A stretch of DNA of 64,000 nt from contig CM060733.1 of assembly GCA_030704615.1 (NCBI GenBank), positions 29,450,001-29,514,000 on the forward strand, given 5' to 3'. Positions 39,522 to 52,191 of this stretch are shown in pieces. Position numbers and translations under genes: made by a program. Position 1 is the first letter of the stretch, and every line of letters begins with the position of its first letter. Source of the stretch: Takakia lepidozioides (lineage: Eukaryota; Plantae; Bryophyta). The notes under the pieces were generated by a model that did no database searches, was not told the DNA's origin, and was given only the letters and a program-made list of their open reading frames with translations.

Positions 39522-40320
39522 ATAAAGTGATGATCGGCGATATTGACAGAAGTGATGGTCGGCACCGACCATCGCATCCGCCCTAATGCCGAATGTCAAA
39601 AGCCAAAAAAAAGGATCGGCGGCACTGACAGAAGTGATGGTCGGCACCGACCATCACATCCACCCAAATGCCGAATGTCAAAGCAAAAAAAAAAAAAAAA
39701 AAAAAAAAAAACACGGAGAGTGGTGATCGGTAACTGAAGTGATGGTCGGCACCGATCATCACATCCACCTACATGCTGAATGTCAAAAAAAAATAAAAAA
39801 TAACGGAAAGTGATGATCGACGGCACCGACAGAAATGATTGTCAGCACCGACCATCGCATCCACCCAAATGCCGAATGTCCAAAAATAAATAAATAAATA
39901 AATAAATATATATATATATATATAAAATCGGCGGCACTGGCAGAAGTGATGGTCGGCACCGACCATCGCATCCGCCCAAATGCCGAATGTCAAAAAGCCA
40001 ATTTAAATTTAAATTTAAAATAAAATAAAAAATAAAAAATAGAAAGTGATGATCAGCGGCACCGATAGAAGTGATGGTCGGTGCTGACCATCACATCCAC
40101 CCAAATGCCGAATGTCCCAAAAATAATAAATAATAAATAATAAATAAATAATGATCGGCGGCACCAACAGATGTGATGGTCGGCACCCAAATGCCGAATG
40201 AAAAAAAATTATTTAAAATTTATAAAAAAAAAGAAAAATCGGCTGCACCGACAGAAGTGATGGCCGGCACCGATCATCACATCCACCCAAATGCCAAATA
40301 TCAAAAGCAAAACAAAACCG
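39115..40320. repeat. Tandem array of about 12 copies of a ~65-bp unit separated by variable A-rich linkers
   Basis: Core GATCGGCGGCACCGACAGAAGTGATGGTCGGCACCGACCATCGCATCCACCCAAATGCCGAATGTC, with internal hairpin GATGGTCGG-CA-CCGACCATC. Linkers are poly(A), (AAAT)n and (AT)n. Confidence 0.95.
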
Positions 40321-42019
40321 GAAAATAAAATAAAAATAAAATAAAAATAAAAAAAATCTACGGTTACCAATTCCACGGCTATAGGCCCCTTTCTCCCTGT
40401 TCTGTCCGCGGTCATAGGTACGCCCGTGGAAATGACATGGCGAGGCGTGACGTGGCGTCAACCACGCTGGCGAAGACTGCTGACGTGGCGTTGGACCCTT
40501 GAGCCAATGTGGCGAGAACCGGTGACGTGGCGTGAGCTTGGCCGCGCTCACGTGGAGGCATCCCCTTCGTGGGTGCTTGAATTACGTATTAGGAACCCGA
40601 ATTCAGTCATAGACGATGATCGTGTCATTTGTTCCCCATCGTAATATGCAAACATCGGAAAATTCATTCTCCTCCAACCTCCTCTAGCCTCTAGCCTGAT
40701 CTGTTATTGCCTCCACTGACAATGAAGTCAACTTGTTTTGATAACATTTGATGGCACTGCTGATCCATGGTAGCTCCAGAAGAAGAGATATGAAAGAACC
40801 ACACGCGATTGCGCGTGATTTCTCTTAAACTTCGATGACTAACATTAAGGCCGAGAGGATCTGGCATAACATTGACAGTGTTAAATAACGAATGTGTGTA
40901 ATGAACATGCGATCATTAGTTTAATTCATCAATAACACAGAGTTGCTTCCCAAACGGCTCACATTCAACGCATATGTTCGAGATCGCCGTCGGTTACCAC
41001 TGATGGCGGAATTCTGTGCTCCCGAGGAGATGGATACAGTCGGAGATTGATGTAAGATATAACCAGACACCTCACTAGTAGCTATACTTGATGACCTTGA
41101 CAAACGTAAAGCCTCGCGGTCCCTACGCTCAGCTTTTCGCTGTCGTTCCTCTTTCTTCTCCTGTCGAATTTGATTCTGAACTTGACAGTGGAATATAACT
41201 GTGTGGAGGCAGCACAATAGGAAATTGTTAAAGAAAATACAAAGATCATTGAAATATCATTGATCTCACAAAAGTCATGTGAAGTCAACATACGTATAAG
41301 TACAAATGGAGGTTGAAGTAAAACTGATTTTTTGGATTGATTCCAGGGTTACAGAGGTAGGATGGTCGATAGAAGGATTGGGAATTGTGGAAGATTTCGG
41401 GATATGTACGCTCTTTTTTAGGAACGACTCTGGATTCGAGACATCAGGAATTTTGATTTCTTAAGGTTCGTAGGTACAACTGGCAACTGTTTAGGTTTTG
41501 CAGCCTATGGTGTAGGCCTCAGTATAGGTACCATAACACAGTCCATTCACGCGCGATCATGCGTGAACTCATTTTACTATATACAGTTCTGGATACCGAA
41601 CTGTGTTTTTGGCTTGATTCGGTTATCTACTTTATTTCCAAGATCTGCATTACGTGCCTCTCGAAATAGGCATTCATAGTAATTTAGTAAACCGTATAGA
41701 AACCTCGCGCGATCGCCCGTGTTTATTTCAATGATAGTATTGCGAAACATGGTTTAGTTAGGTCTTGGAGCGAGGTCAATAATCACTTTCAGCAAGGGAA
41801 TGGTTTGAAGAAGCACGCGCGATCGCGCGTGCTTCATTCGGTACAAGTCGTCACATATATGAGTATTAACAAACAGTAGCTAATACCGAACTGTACAGGG
41901 TCGAAGAAATCATTCATTAGTAGGACAATAAACTCAGCGTTTTCCATTTTCAGGATTATGCAATTATTGAACCTTGAGCAATCGCGCGAATTTGACTCCG
42001 TAGTTTACTGCATTGGATG

Positions 42020-44090
42020 AGAAATTGAAGATGTGATGCGAAAGAATGCCCTAAAGAAGCACGCGCGATCGTGCGTGCTTCATTTGGTACTTGTGTTCTA
42101 GAGACCAACAACAATACCGTTAAGATACCCAGATGATTAAAAGACACATATGAGGACATGTCTGAGTGCATACTCAAAACTATAAAGTGTTTCGGAAGAC
42201 ATTAGTTCACATTATACAATGTCAACTAAAATCTTTTGGCGCACTTTATCAGTCTTGTCATGCACACAGAGTATGATAATTCTTGTATATGGTGGCATGG
42301 TCACTCTTATGTATGATGGGTGGAGGTGTTCAGTGTGGACCCAATAGTATACAATAATATCCGAATATCAATCCAAAAGTCCAGAGCAGATTGAAATATT
42401 ACTTGTCGTCAACATCGATTAGGTTGTTCATCGATTATGTCGACTACTGTTTCAGATTAGACAGTGAAGATGTGATGTGAAAGAATGGTGTAAAGAAGCG
42501 CGCGATCGCGCGTGCTTCATTTGGTAATTCTATTCGTGGGACCAAAATCAACACTATTGATACCCAGATGATTAGCTAGACACATATGAGGACATCATCA
42601 AAACTGTAAAGTGAGACGCAAGACATTAGTTCACATCATACAATGTCAACTAAGATCTTCCGTCGCACTTTCTCAGTCTTGCCTTGGAGTATGATAATTC
42701 CTGTATGTGCTGCTGACATTGTCACTCTTATGTATGATGGAAGGAGGTGTTCAGTGTGGTCCACAAGACAATACAATACTAGTCGAGTCACGAACCAAAC
42801 GTTTGGATCAGTGTGTAATATTACTTGACGTCAACATCGATTATGTTGTTCATTGATTATGTCTTTTAATGTTTGAGATTAGACACTAAAGATGTGATGC
42901 AAATGAAAGAATTGTCTGAAGAAGCACGTGCAATCGCGTGTGCTTCATTTGATACTTCTATTCGTGGGACCATCATCAACACTCTTGATACCCAGATGAT
43001 TAGCTAAACACATATGATGACATCTCAGAGTGCATCCTCAAAACTGTAAAGTGATACGCAAGACATTAGTTGACATCATACAATGTCAACTAAAATCTTG
43101 CATCGCACTTTATTAGTCTTGCCATGCACACAGAGTATTGTAGTTCCTGTATGTGGTGGCATGGTTAATCTTATGTATGATGGGATGAGGTGTTCAGGGT
43201 GGACCACAAGACTAGCCTTTGCACAGTAAGTAAGTTATTATATGTTTGCTCTAGCTTTATCATTTTTTTTTATCAAAAACAAGTGGAAGTTATCAAAATG
43301 ATTGTGCATTCTTTACATATATTCATCATAATATGGATGTTTTAGAAACAAATGAACATCGCGCAATCGCGCGTGTTTCTATTCCTACATTAATAAGGCC
43401 ACTACTAAGTAAAGCCACAAAAACCCAAATGTTTAACCACTTTCTGACTTCCCACAATAGTTAGTAATATTTCTTGTCGACAACATCGATTAGGTTGCTC
43501 ATCGATTGTGTCGTTTAATTTATGAGATTATTTAGAGAAGAATGGATGGAAGAATGGATATGTGAAAGAATGGAAAGAAGAAGCACGCGCGATCACGCGT
43601 GCTTCATTTGGTTCTTCTATTTGTGGGTCCAACAACATCACTATTGATACCCAGATGATTAGCTAGACACAAATGATGACATCTATGAGTGCATCCTTAA
43701 AACTGTAAAGTGATTTGCAAGACATTAGTTCACATCATACAATGTCAACTAAAATCTTACGACGCATTTTATCAGTCTTGTCATGCACACATAGTATGAT
43801 AATTCTTGAATGTGCTGCTGACATGGTCACTCTTATGTATGATGGGAGGAGGTGTTCAGTGTGGACCACAAGACAATACAATACTAGCCGAGTATCGATC
43901 CAAAGGTCTGGGTCAGTGTGTAATATTACTTGATTAGGTTGTTCATCGATTATGTCGTTTAATGTCTAAGATGAGACAGTGGAGATGTGATGTGATGTGA
44001 AAGGTCTGAAGAAGCACGCACGATCGCGCGCGCTTCATTTGGTACTTCTATTCGTGGGACCAACACTATTGATACCCAGATGATTAGCAA
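42020..44090. repeat. ~430-bp tandem repeat (about 4.5 copies), each unit carrying the GAAGCACGCGCGATCGCGCGTGCTTC palindrome
   Basis: Palindrome copies at about 42056, 42495, 42921, 43580 and 44011 (spacings about 439, 426 and 431), with an interruption at about 43215-43460. Shared blocks such as GATACCCAGATGATTAG and CAATGTCAACTAA. Confidence 0.93.
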
Positions 44091-44094
44091 GACA

Positions 44095-44222
44095 CACCCG
44101 TATCCCCAGAGTACACTCCCTCAACCCCAGAATACACTCCGGAATCCCCAGAGTACACTCCCTCATCGCCAACGTATACACCCTCATCGCCAGGGTACTC
44201 CGGGATCCCCAGAGTACTCACC
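44095..44222 (+). repeat. Short tandem repeat, about 20-bp unit CCCCAGAGTACACTCCCTCA
   Basis: About 6 degenerate copies; reads as PQSTLP in one frame. Confidence 0.75.
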
Positions 44223-44698
44223 AATAGAATACTTTAGCCACCTCAGACCCGGGTCGGCTGCATTGGCCTCATTTTTGGCACAATTCACACCTACGTCAAC
44301 TGTAAGTTCCGACCATTCGGAATGATCAAAAATGTAAATATTCTACACGGGCACACCAGAGTATACTTCCAGCAGTTCATAATCTCCATGTGGTTCCACC
44401 GAATACCCATAATAATCAGTAAGATAACTATCAGGGTACCCAATAAGCTTTCAAGAGATTCACGGAGGGTATGCTGAATCACCATGATATAGTCCTTCAT
44501 CTCAGTTTTAGGTAATCATATATGATAGTACATTTAACCGCCAACGATGATTCCGTTTTCGTTCTTCACTGTTGAATAATAAAGTATTCTTGATTTTTTG
44601 GAAACCAATTAAATGATCTGCAGCTTTTGAGATTTCCAGCTTAATTGTGACTTTCATTTAGTCCATTCCATTTATTCCATGTTGCAGTCACAATTTAA

Positions 44699-45441
44699 CC
44701 CTTAAGTTCCCAAGCCCTTTTTTGACTTTTTACCAATTTTGGTTACCCAGCTGCAGTAAATTGCCCCTAGAAAAATCATCCGCAGATTCCAGCCTTATAG
44801 CAATGGGCCCAGCTCATTTATGCATGACATACCAAAAAATGAGCCAAGTCCACCGTGGAAAGAAATAGGTTTGACCAAATCAAAACCTAGCTTTATCCAA
44901 TTTTGCTTGCCCCAAGACCCACCATTTCCAAATCAATAGTGGAGTGGCCATGACCCCACTAAACTGCAGGTCCAAATGATTTTTTCACCTATGCTTGCTA
45001 TTCATGCAATTACATGGGGGTTGAAATCTCAAAATTGACAACAGAAAATGTGCCTCCAAATGAAGTATTTTTTTTTCTACAATTTTTTTAAAAGCTAATG
45101 GTGGATGTGTGTATGTAATGCTCACACACCACAAGGTGAAGTGTTTTTTCCAAAATTGCTAATTTTCTGCCAAAAATGGCCTTTGGAGTGCAATCTGTTT
45201 TGGGCTCACATCAGCGGTCAACAGCCCATTTCACGCCCCAAAATGTAAATTAAAGGTCTAAGATATTTTTTGTAAGTCGCAACTTTTGTTTTTTTTGAAT
45301 TTTGTTTTTTGCATCATACTCGAGACAAATCCCTTGTCATTAAAGCTTAAGGAGTGGGCCCCATCAGATTAGATCTGCAAAAATTAGGTCGACCCTGCAG
45401 ATTCAAAGTGACCCAATTCAAGTCGCTTGGGAACTTAAGGG
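44699..45441. mobile_element. piggyBac-type MITE, 743 bp
   Basis: Perfect 17-bp TIRs CCCTTAAGTTCCCAAGC / GCTTGGGAACTTAAGGG with TTAA TSD (44695-44698 and 45442-45445). Confidence 0.95.
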
Positions 45442-45637
45442 TTAATGTCCCTTATTCCAGCTTAATTGTAAGTTAGTTTTTTTCAATTCCATTTATTCCA
45501 AGTGGGATTAAAATTTGTATGTTGGTCTGATATCCATTACATTATGTTTTGTTTCAAATTTGGGCCTTTCCTCTCAATCTTGAAATAATGCCATGAGATA
45601 TCTAATCCCGATAATATAATGTTGTGTTTCATGTTCA

Positions 45638-48600
45638 GTGGTCAGTCCAACATATCTCCGGATTGTCTGGTTGGTGTATGCAAGGAGATATGTGGGGAAT
45701 TCATCTCACCAAACTTCAGCATAGACCACGTAGCTTTGTATATTCTTAACCAGACGATCTCCGAGTGGGGAATAAATCATGTGGGTGTACCCCCTGATCA
45801 CCAATTGAAGTTTTCCTTCAAGATTGGAGCAGAGGTGAAGGAGCTTAATTATGGCTACATTAAAGATGTTGAGCCGGAGTCCGACGTGGAGAATCCAATG
45901 ATGGTGGTTTTCATATTGAAGGATAGTAGAGCGAAAAAGACGTTTGGCTTTTCTCTGGAATCTCGTCGCATTCGCAAGGCAATGATGAAACCAGTTGTAA
46001 AGATGGGATTCACTTTCCCAAAAGGTGGTGCAGCCCCGACTGCTCAGGGATTCGTAAGAGCTTGAAGCATTTTCCAAGATGTACTCCATGCGCAGGGAAA
46101 CATCAACAGAAAACAACGAGATGATGCGGCAGCGAAGGGGGCAAAGGGTAAAGGGAAACGGAAGTCAACGGTGGGATCCTCTCAAACTGAGAATGAGGAG
46201 GAGCAGCCTGCCGGGAAAATAAAAAAGAAAGAAGAGCTCGATATTGTATTTATGAATGACAATAAGAAGCCAAAAGCTGGCGAGATTTTTGACAAGGTGA
46301 AGTGCGAGGCGATGAATCAAAGTCTGCAGAATGACCACCAAGACATGTTCCCTTTTGGATTCAACCACATAATGTCAATTGACATCTCAAGGATGGAACT
46401 TGCTCCAAGAAGTATGGTGTATCGTCCGTTGAATATTAATCACAAGGATGAAGTAAAAGCCCGTGTATACCAATTGCGAGTTCTAGATACGAAACATCAT
46501 GTCTATCTGGCGCCGAGGAACGAACAGGTGCAACCCAAGTGTCTGCGATGAAACCAAGACATCAGAAGAAATCTTTAGCAGTCGATTATTGCTATTTGCC
46601 AGAGGATAATCGATGGCCATTCGGCGTAGTAGTCCCTCTGCTCCCGGTCAGTAATCTCCTCCACAAGTTCCTGATTTGGAAAGTGTTATATCAGCATGGA
46701 ATTGAACTAGAAAGGAGCACGCACGATCGCGCGTGCTTGCTTATCATGCTATGCATCTCTTAAACAAGTCGACGATGAATCTAATCATCTAGTAGAAGCA
46801 CGCGCGATCGCGCGAGAATGATAATGAGACCACGCAAAGAAATATCCGAAAGAGAAGATTCTCATTGAAGTAGAGAAGAATATAAAAGCACGCGCGATCG
46901 CGCAAGGTAAACGTTGATGTACTATACCTTTGCAGCCATAATTGTGTGCTGGCCTCCAATGACGAAGAATTTTGAATTGTTCCTGAACGACCCAAATAAA
47001 GCCCAAAAATTCGACACAACATTCCCGGAGAAAGTTGCTCATGCCAGGATGTACTATGAGTTGAGGGGGAAGCCCAGGAAATTCAACGATAACGTTTCCA
47101 AATCTGAAACCGTTCAGTGGAAGGTAATCATTCGGACTTCCATTTTTGTTTTATGTCCCTTGACCACTTACATTCACCAGAATTGCGTGTACTCGTTGTG
47201 TGTTGGGTTGACATGCTGTTCCTGTTGACCAGGAATTTTTGCAAGCCTCACAACTTATATTGGAGATGCTTAGCGTTAAGGAGGCCATGATCTTGGTCCT
47301 TTGCGATGACGATGTTTGGGAGAAGTGGCAGGAGGTTTTCAGAGAGTGGAGAAGGAACCTCCTGGACATTAATGGAAAGAAGCACAAGGGTGTACAATCG
47401 CAGCTGACAAAATCTGCAGTCTGCAAACTCCAAGGATTGAACCCCCTCCAAATGAAGAAGGTTGCACAGAAGATTTTGGACTTGAAGATCTGCGTTCGTG
47501 GTCTTTACAAGGGAAAAGACCCCAAGATTCTCTGCCTGTCCGATTACATCGATCGAATAAAGGACATGCGGTTTATCATCGATGATGTCATGGTGGTATT
47601 GGGATTTGATGCCAGGAGCAAGCAGTATCCAGAGCCGTACACAAAAACACAATGACTCGAAGTGAAGAAAATGTACAAGTTCAACAAGTCGGAGTTCGTG
47701 ACATTCCAATCAAAACTGGGGGCCAAATACATGAAAAACAAAGTGAACATGAATATGAAGACCGAGAAAGTGAGTGACACTTTCATCAAATACGTGCTTT
47801 CATGCAAGAAAAGGGTTGAAGACATGGAGAAGGAAATGGGTAACCTCAAGGATACCTTCAAGTCACATTACCAGTGCATAGGAGGGAAGCGGAGGTTCAC
47901 GGACACCAAAACTCAGTTGAAAATTGTGATAAAGAGGGATTTCGATAGCATCGCAATGGTGTTCGTCAACACAGTCTGTGACGATGACTCAGTTGTTTTC
48001 ATGCAAAGAAATTACAAGAATATTTTTGATACGTTCTTCGAACAGCAGCTGAGCCCTAATGCATTTGTCTTCTTCTCGACGCAGAGGTCCTCTTCCAATT
48101 TGGTTTCGTACATAAGGTTTGGCGAGGGTTGGGACAAGTATATTCTACTTCAGGGGTTGTATGTTCGACAATCCTTACAAGAGCCGGTCAAAGTCATTTT
48201 CAAAGCCACTCATGTGCCTTGATTACGTATTTCCTGCAACCAGATTGAGAACCACGAGGAGCACCTGTAGGGAATCTTGATGTTCAGCCCTTTTAAACCA
48301 GTGATTAAGGCTCCGGACACTGAGCTCACGGAACACGAGAAAGAATGTGCCGCTTATGAACACGAATTGCGGGCAGAGTCGAGCGACTACATTGCGTCCT
48401 TGTTCTGTGGCGAAGGAATGACGGCTGTCAATCTCTTTGGAGGAGTAATGTTAACATTGGCTCTCCACGTAAACATTTCCATTTCCATTTACAATTCGAT
48501 TTCCTTTTCCTTTTCCATTTCCATTTTCGAAACACAACTTTGGAACCTCGGGGTAGTTGCAGGGTTGAGTGGACCAAAAACGGCAAATCTTGCTCCATGA

Positions 48601-50535
48601 AAGTCCATGACCAAAAAAAAAATTTGAGGATATTATCCAAAAAAAAACATTTAGTGATAGATAATGGTATATTGAATATATTTAGTAAAGAGTCCTATCC
48701 CAAATATTAAATAAATAATTTATTACATATTTTAGTTTATTATTTAGAGAAATTATGAAAACAAAAAATTAGAGTTTAAGAAAAAAATTCAATATGCTAC
48801 CTAGCCATTGAATATTATAGGTTTTTATAGTTCTAGAAAACAAATGACACCCAAAATCCAAAAAACAAGATGAGCTATGGACTTTTCAAAAAACGCCTAT
48901 TTTTTTGACATATATTAGTCCATATGAGTCAAATGACAAATGATTTTGCTACTTCAAATCCATACCTATGATGTGGACCAAAATGGCCACCTTATGTCCA
49001 AATTTCAATGGAATTCACCAATGGCACATATGAGAACTTGAGTCAATTGTAATTCCATTCACTGCGGTAATAGTCCACAATGACGATGTTCAAAAGTCCA
49101 TAGTGGAGTCATTTCTTATCGGATTCATGATTGGAGAGTTGCTATGGGTGCGTATTGAAGCTAGGAATCCAATGATATATATATTTTCTGGTTTTAATGA
49201 TTAAATTCAAATTCAATTGATGACACTATCAATTGCAGTCATCTAAAACTGTGCCGGTAACGTCTATTTTGGTCCAGTCAACCCTGCATTCACCCCTCGC
49301 ACGATCACTCGTTCATCCTTTTTACTCACTGGTTAGTATCTTTTGCAGGCTAGGAATGTCCGAGTCCTTGATATAAACCACAACCTGAAAAATAATTTCT
49401 GCCCGAATAAGGTTGTCGCAAACTACACACTACTCCACACGGAGAATGAGGACTGAACCGAGGTTGGTGATGATATAGGGGGAGGGCAGGAGACCCACAG
49501 GCACAATGGCGAAGGAAATGACGATGACGATGACGATGAAGATGACGAACAAAGAGATCTGGAGATAGAGAAAAACTAGGAAGAAGGTGACGGAAACGAA
49601 ACGTTGGACAAAAATGAAGAATTTGAGGGAGATGATGAAGACAAATGCGACTACCAACACGATGATGCCGTCAACAATTTCTTGCAAGAGGAGACAGAAC
49701 AAATTGAGCAAGGCAGAAATCCACCAGATGAACAAGCAGGGAGGGTTTTACCCGAAGAAGGCCACCATCCACAGGCCCTGACAAATACCGGTGAAGGAGA
49801 CAATCCCGAGACAACTGTGCTGTCTTCCTCCACTGACGAAGTGGGGGGAGACAATGTACAGGATAACGCTGATTCTAGAGACGTCTTCGATAAGGAGATT
49901 TCAGAAATTGACTCAAGGGTGGGATTCAGGCCTGTGGAGAGGATATGCCATTACAGATGTCACCATATCAAGGTTTAGGCCAAAGAGTTAGAGACATCGT
50001 TGATGGTCAGGCATCTAGGGCATTGGTTGGTGATCAAAATTCTGTTGATGTGAGTATTGTAGATTATAAGTTGTCCTGACGCTTGTAAAACAAAATTTAC
50101 AAAGTTTATATAACATAAGAATCTTTTACAAATGGAACTAATAACCTATTGCTCTGTGATAGTCTCGTAAAACAATCGAAACTTATACGGAAGTCTAATC
50201 ACCAACTTTTTCTGTAGATCCGTGAGTCAAATACGGAGGAAGTGACACAAACCAGTTAAAACGACACACAACAACGTACAATGAAGAAACAATACGACTT
50301 GAGAGTGAGGATATCGTCGCCCAAGGTGACAGCTTCAGAAACCGTGGGTGATCGTGCGAGGTTACTTATGGGAGGGGTCGACAAAAACATACCGGACGAC
50401 GAAAGACCCGTCTCCGGGGGAGATGGCGATGAAACCTCATCCGGCTTGGAGCAAGTGCCGCCAAAGCTGGTACTTCAATCTCCGCCTTCTGCTTTCCTTC
50501 CTGCTTTCCATTGCGAAAAACTTCCAATGAATTAA
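45638..50535 (+). pseudogene. Large decayed spliced gene: ParB-like N-terminal segment, helical region, degenerate DNA-methyltransferase-like Rossmann segment and acidic tail
   Basis: Long same-frame blocks 45619-46527 and 47233-48468 broken by isolated stops, several of them TGA where Trp would fit. Exon about 46936-47123. IDISRMELAP...YRPLNINH..EVK. ELR...YIASLFCGEGMTAVNLFGG..LTLALH spliced to ARNVRVLD (about 49349). D/E-rich region 49500-49900. Domain identities are inferred. Confidence 0.6.
48550..49295. mobile_element. MITE with ~29-bp TIRs (Sola- or Harbinger-like) in an intron
   Basis: GGGTAGTTGCAGGGTTGAGTGGACCAAAA versus the reverse complement of the right end, GGGTGAATGCAGGGTTGACTGGACCAAAA. 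Flanks share CTC(G), giving a 3-4 bp TSD. Confidence 0.85.
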
Positions 50536-50562
50536 TAATTATTTCATAATGGGCATGATGAT

Positions 50563-51372
50563 ATGATCTATCCACCGCATGACTATTCCCAAGCTGTCAA
50601 TCCTGCGGATTTCTTTGCTCTTCCAATGGATCCAAATGGATGTCAGCACGGATATTATGTCCTGGATGTCGGGTTCCTATGTGAGGTCTACCTCCAGAAT
50701 GGGCCAAAAACCCCTCCCGCAACGCAGCCTTGTATCTTGGCTGGACGATTTAAGTTAGGAATGCGACATGAGGTGGGAGTCCTCAAATGGGTCGTGAAGT
50801 AGTTTTGGGTCATCTTATGGAACACTGACAAAGAAGAAACTGTCGTGGATTTCAAATCAGCCTGGTTCGGGAGGAACGCACACAAGGTCATGCATTACAG
50901 TTCCGACCAATGTGTGGAACATAGACTTACTTTCAACGCATATTGGCCTACGCTACCTAAGGCCCCAATTTACTTCAAACGACTTTACGACTTGTTCGTA
51001 GACCCCGACTCTAAAGCCTACAAGTCTAACACCCTGCTTATAGACGTCGTTGGGAGCATGTACAAGTCTTTCCTCAATCCTCTGAGCCTGGTCATCTTCC
51101 TATCTAAATACGAAGCAGTTATATCATACAAGGATGATTTTTTGATGGGTCATCTGAAGCCCCACCTGAAGAAGTTGAGGCATTAAAAAATTGACACTTG
51201 GGCCTTCAATGAGCAGAACCCTTTTGGTATACCTAAGGATATCTACTTTTAGGATGCTAGAGTGAAATTCATTAATCGCTGGGACTTTCCATGGCCTAAG
51301 AACAAGGAGGAATGGGATGCACATCTAAAATACCTAGAGGCCCTTGAATTGGAACATGGGATATTAAAGTGA
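50563..51372 (+). pseudogene. FCP1/NIF (HAD-family) domain, copy 1, degenerate
   Basis: YVLDVGFLC...FWVILWN...SDQC...YFKRL..LF...SNTLLIDV...KSFLNP, with an internal stop. Confidence 0.6.
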
Positions 51373-51494
51373 CTAATTTTGAGAATGAACTGGGATTTGG
51401 AGGTCATTGAGTTTCTTATCTGTTCATGGGATTCTTCTTTTCTCCACTCTATTCAGCTTTGATTTACTTAAGTGTCTTTATCACTCCTTCACAG

Positions 51495-52191
51495 ATCCGA
51501 CAGCCTGGATCTCCACCTGCGAGTGGACCCCGCTTGATAATTTTTGACGTTAATGGAGTGTTGTGCAAAATAATGAAGCGTCAGAGCACAGGCCCTGTTC
51601 CACATTTTTCGGAATCTGATTACAAAATTCATGTTATTGTAGGGTATCGACAAATCTTTAGAAGGGAGATGTATTGGGAAGTTTGACAAGAGTTACACAA
51701 GCACTTTCATTTTAGGTATCTGGAGCTGCATGATGCTTAAAAACTTAAATGCCGTTCTAGATTTGCTCCTACGTGGTCTTCCACAGCCAGCGTTCATCAT
51801 GTCGCAGGAGGATTGTATCATTTGCCCAAGCAATCTGCACCCAAATTACCGAACGGGACAAGAACAACCTCATGTGTTCCTGAAACCACTCCTTAAAGTA
51901 TGGCAGAGTTCTAAGGGTTATTACAATCGGAGTAACACTCTGCTGATTGATGATATGGCTTTGAAGTGCTTGCTGAACCCTCCTGAATCTTGTCTTCTTC
52001 TCAAGTCTTTTGAGAACATCGACGTCGACGATTTCTTCCTTCGCAAACTTAGACATTTTTTGTTTGGCTTCTTGAAATTTGAGAACGTTTCGAGCTTCTT
52101 GAAAGCAAAGAGAATAGACTTTCCACCTTTCAAAATTAATGATCCACAGTTCAGGCCTCTTCTTGACTATAGACAATTCACAATATCGTGA
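51495..52191 (+). pseudogene. FCP1/NIF (HAD-family) domain, copy 2
   Basis: LIIFDVNGVLC ... GIWSC ... FIMSQEDC ... FLKPLLKVW ... NTLLIDD..LKC.LNP; frameshifted near 51660-51720. Confidence 0.8.

Noticed and set aside
39115-40320. CRISPR-like array (palindromic repeat plus variable spacers)
   Set aside because: Units are about 65 bp, spacers are low-complexity poly(A) or microsatellite, no cas genes are present, and the context is eukaryotic.
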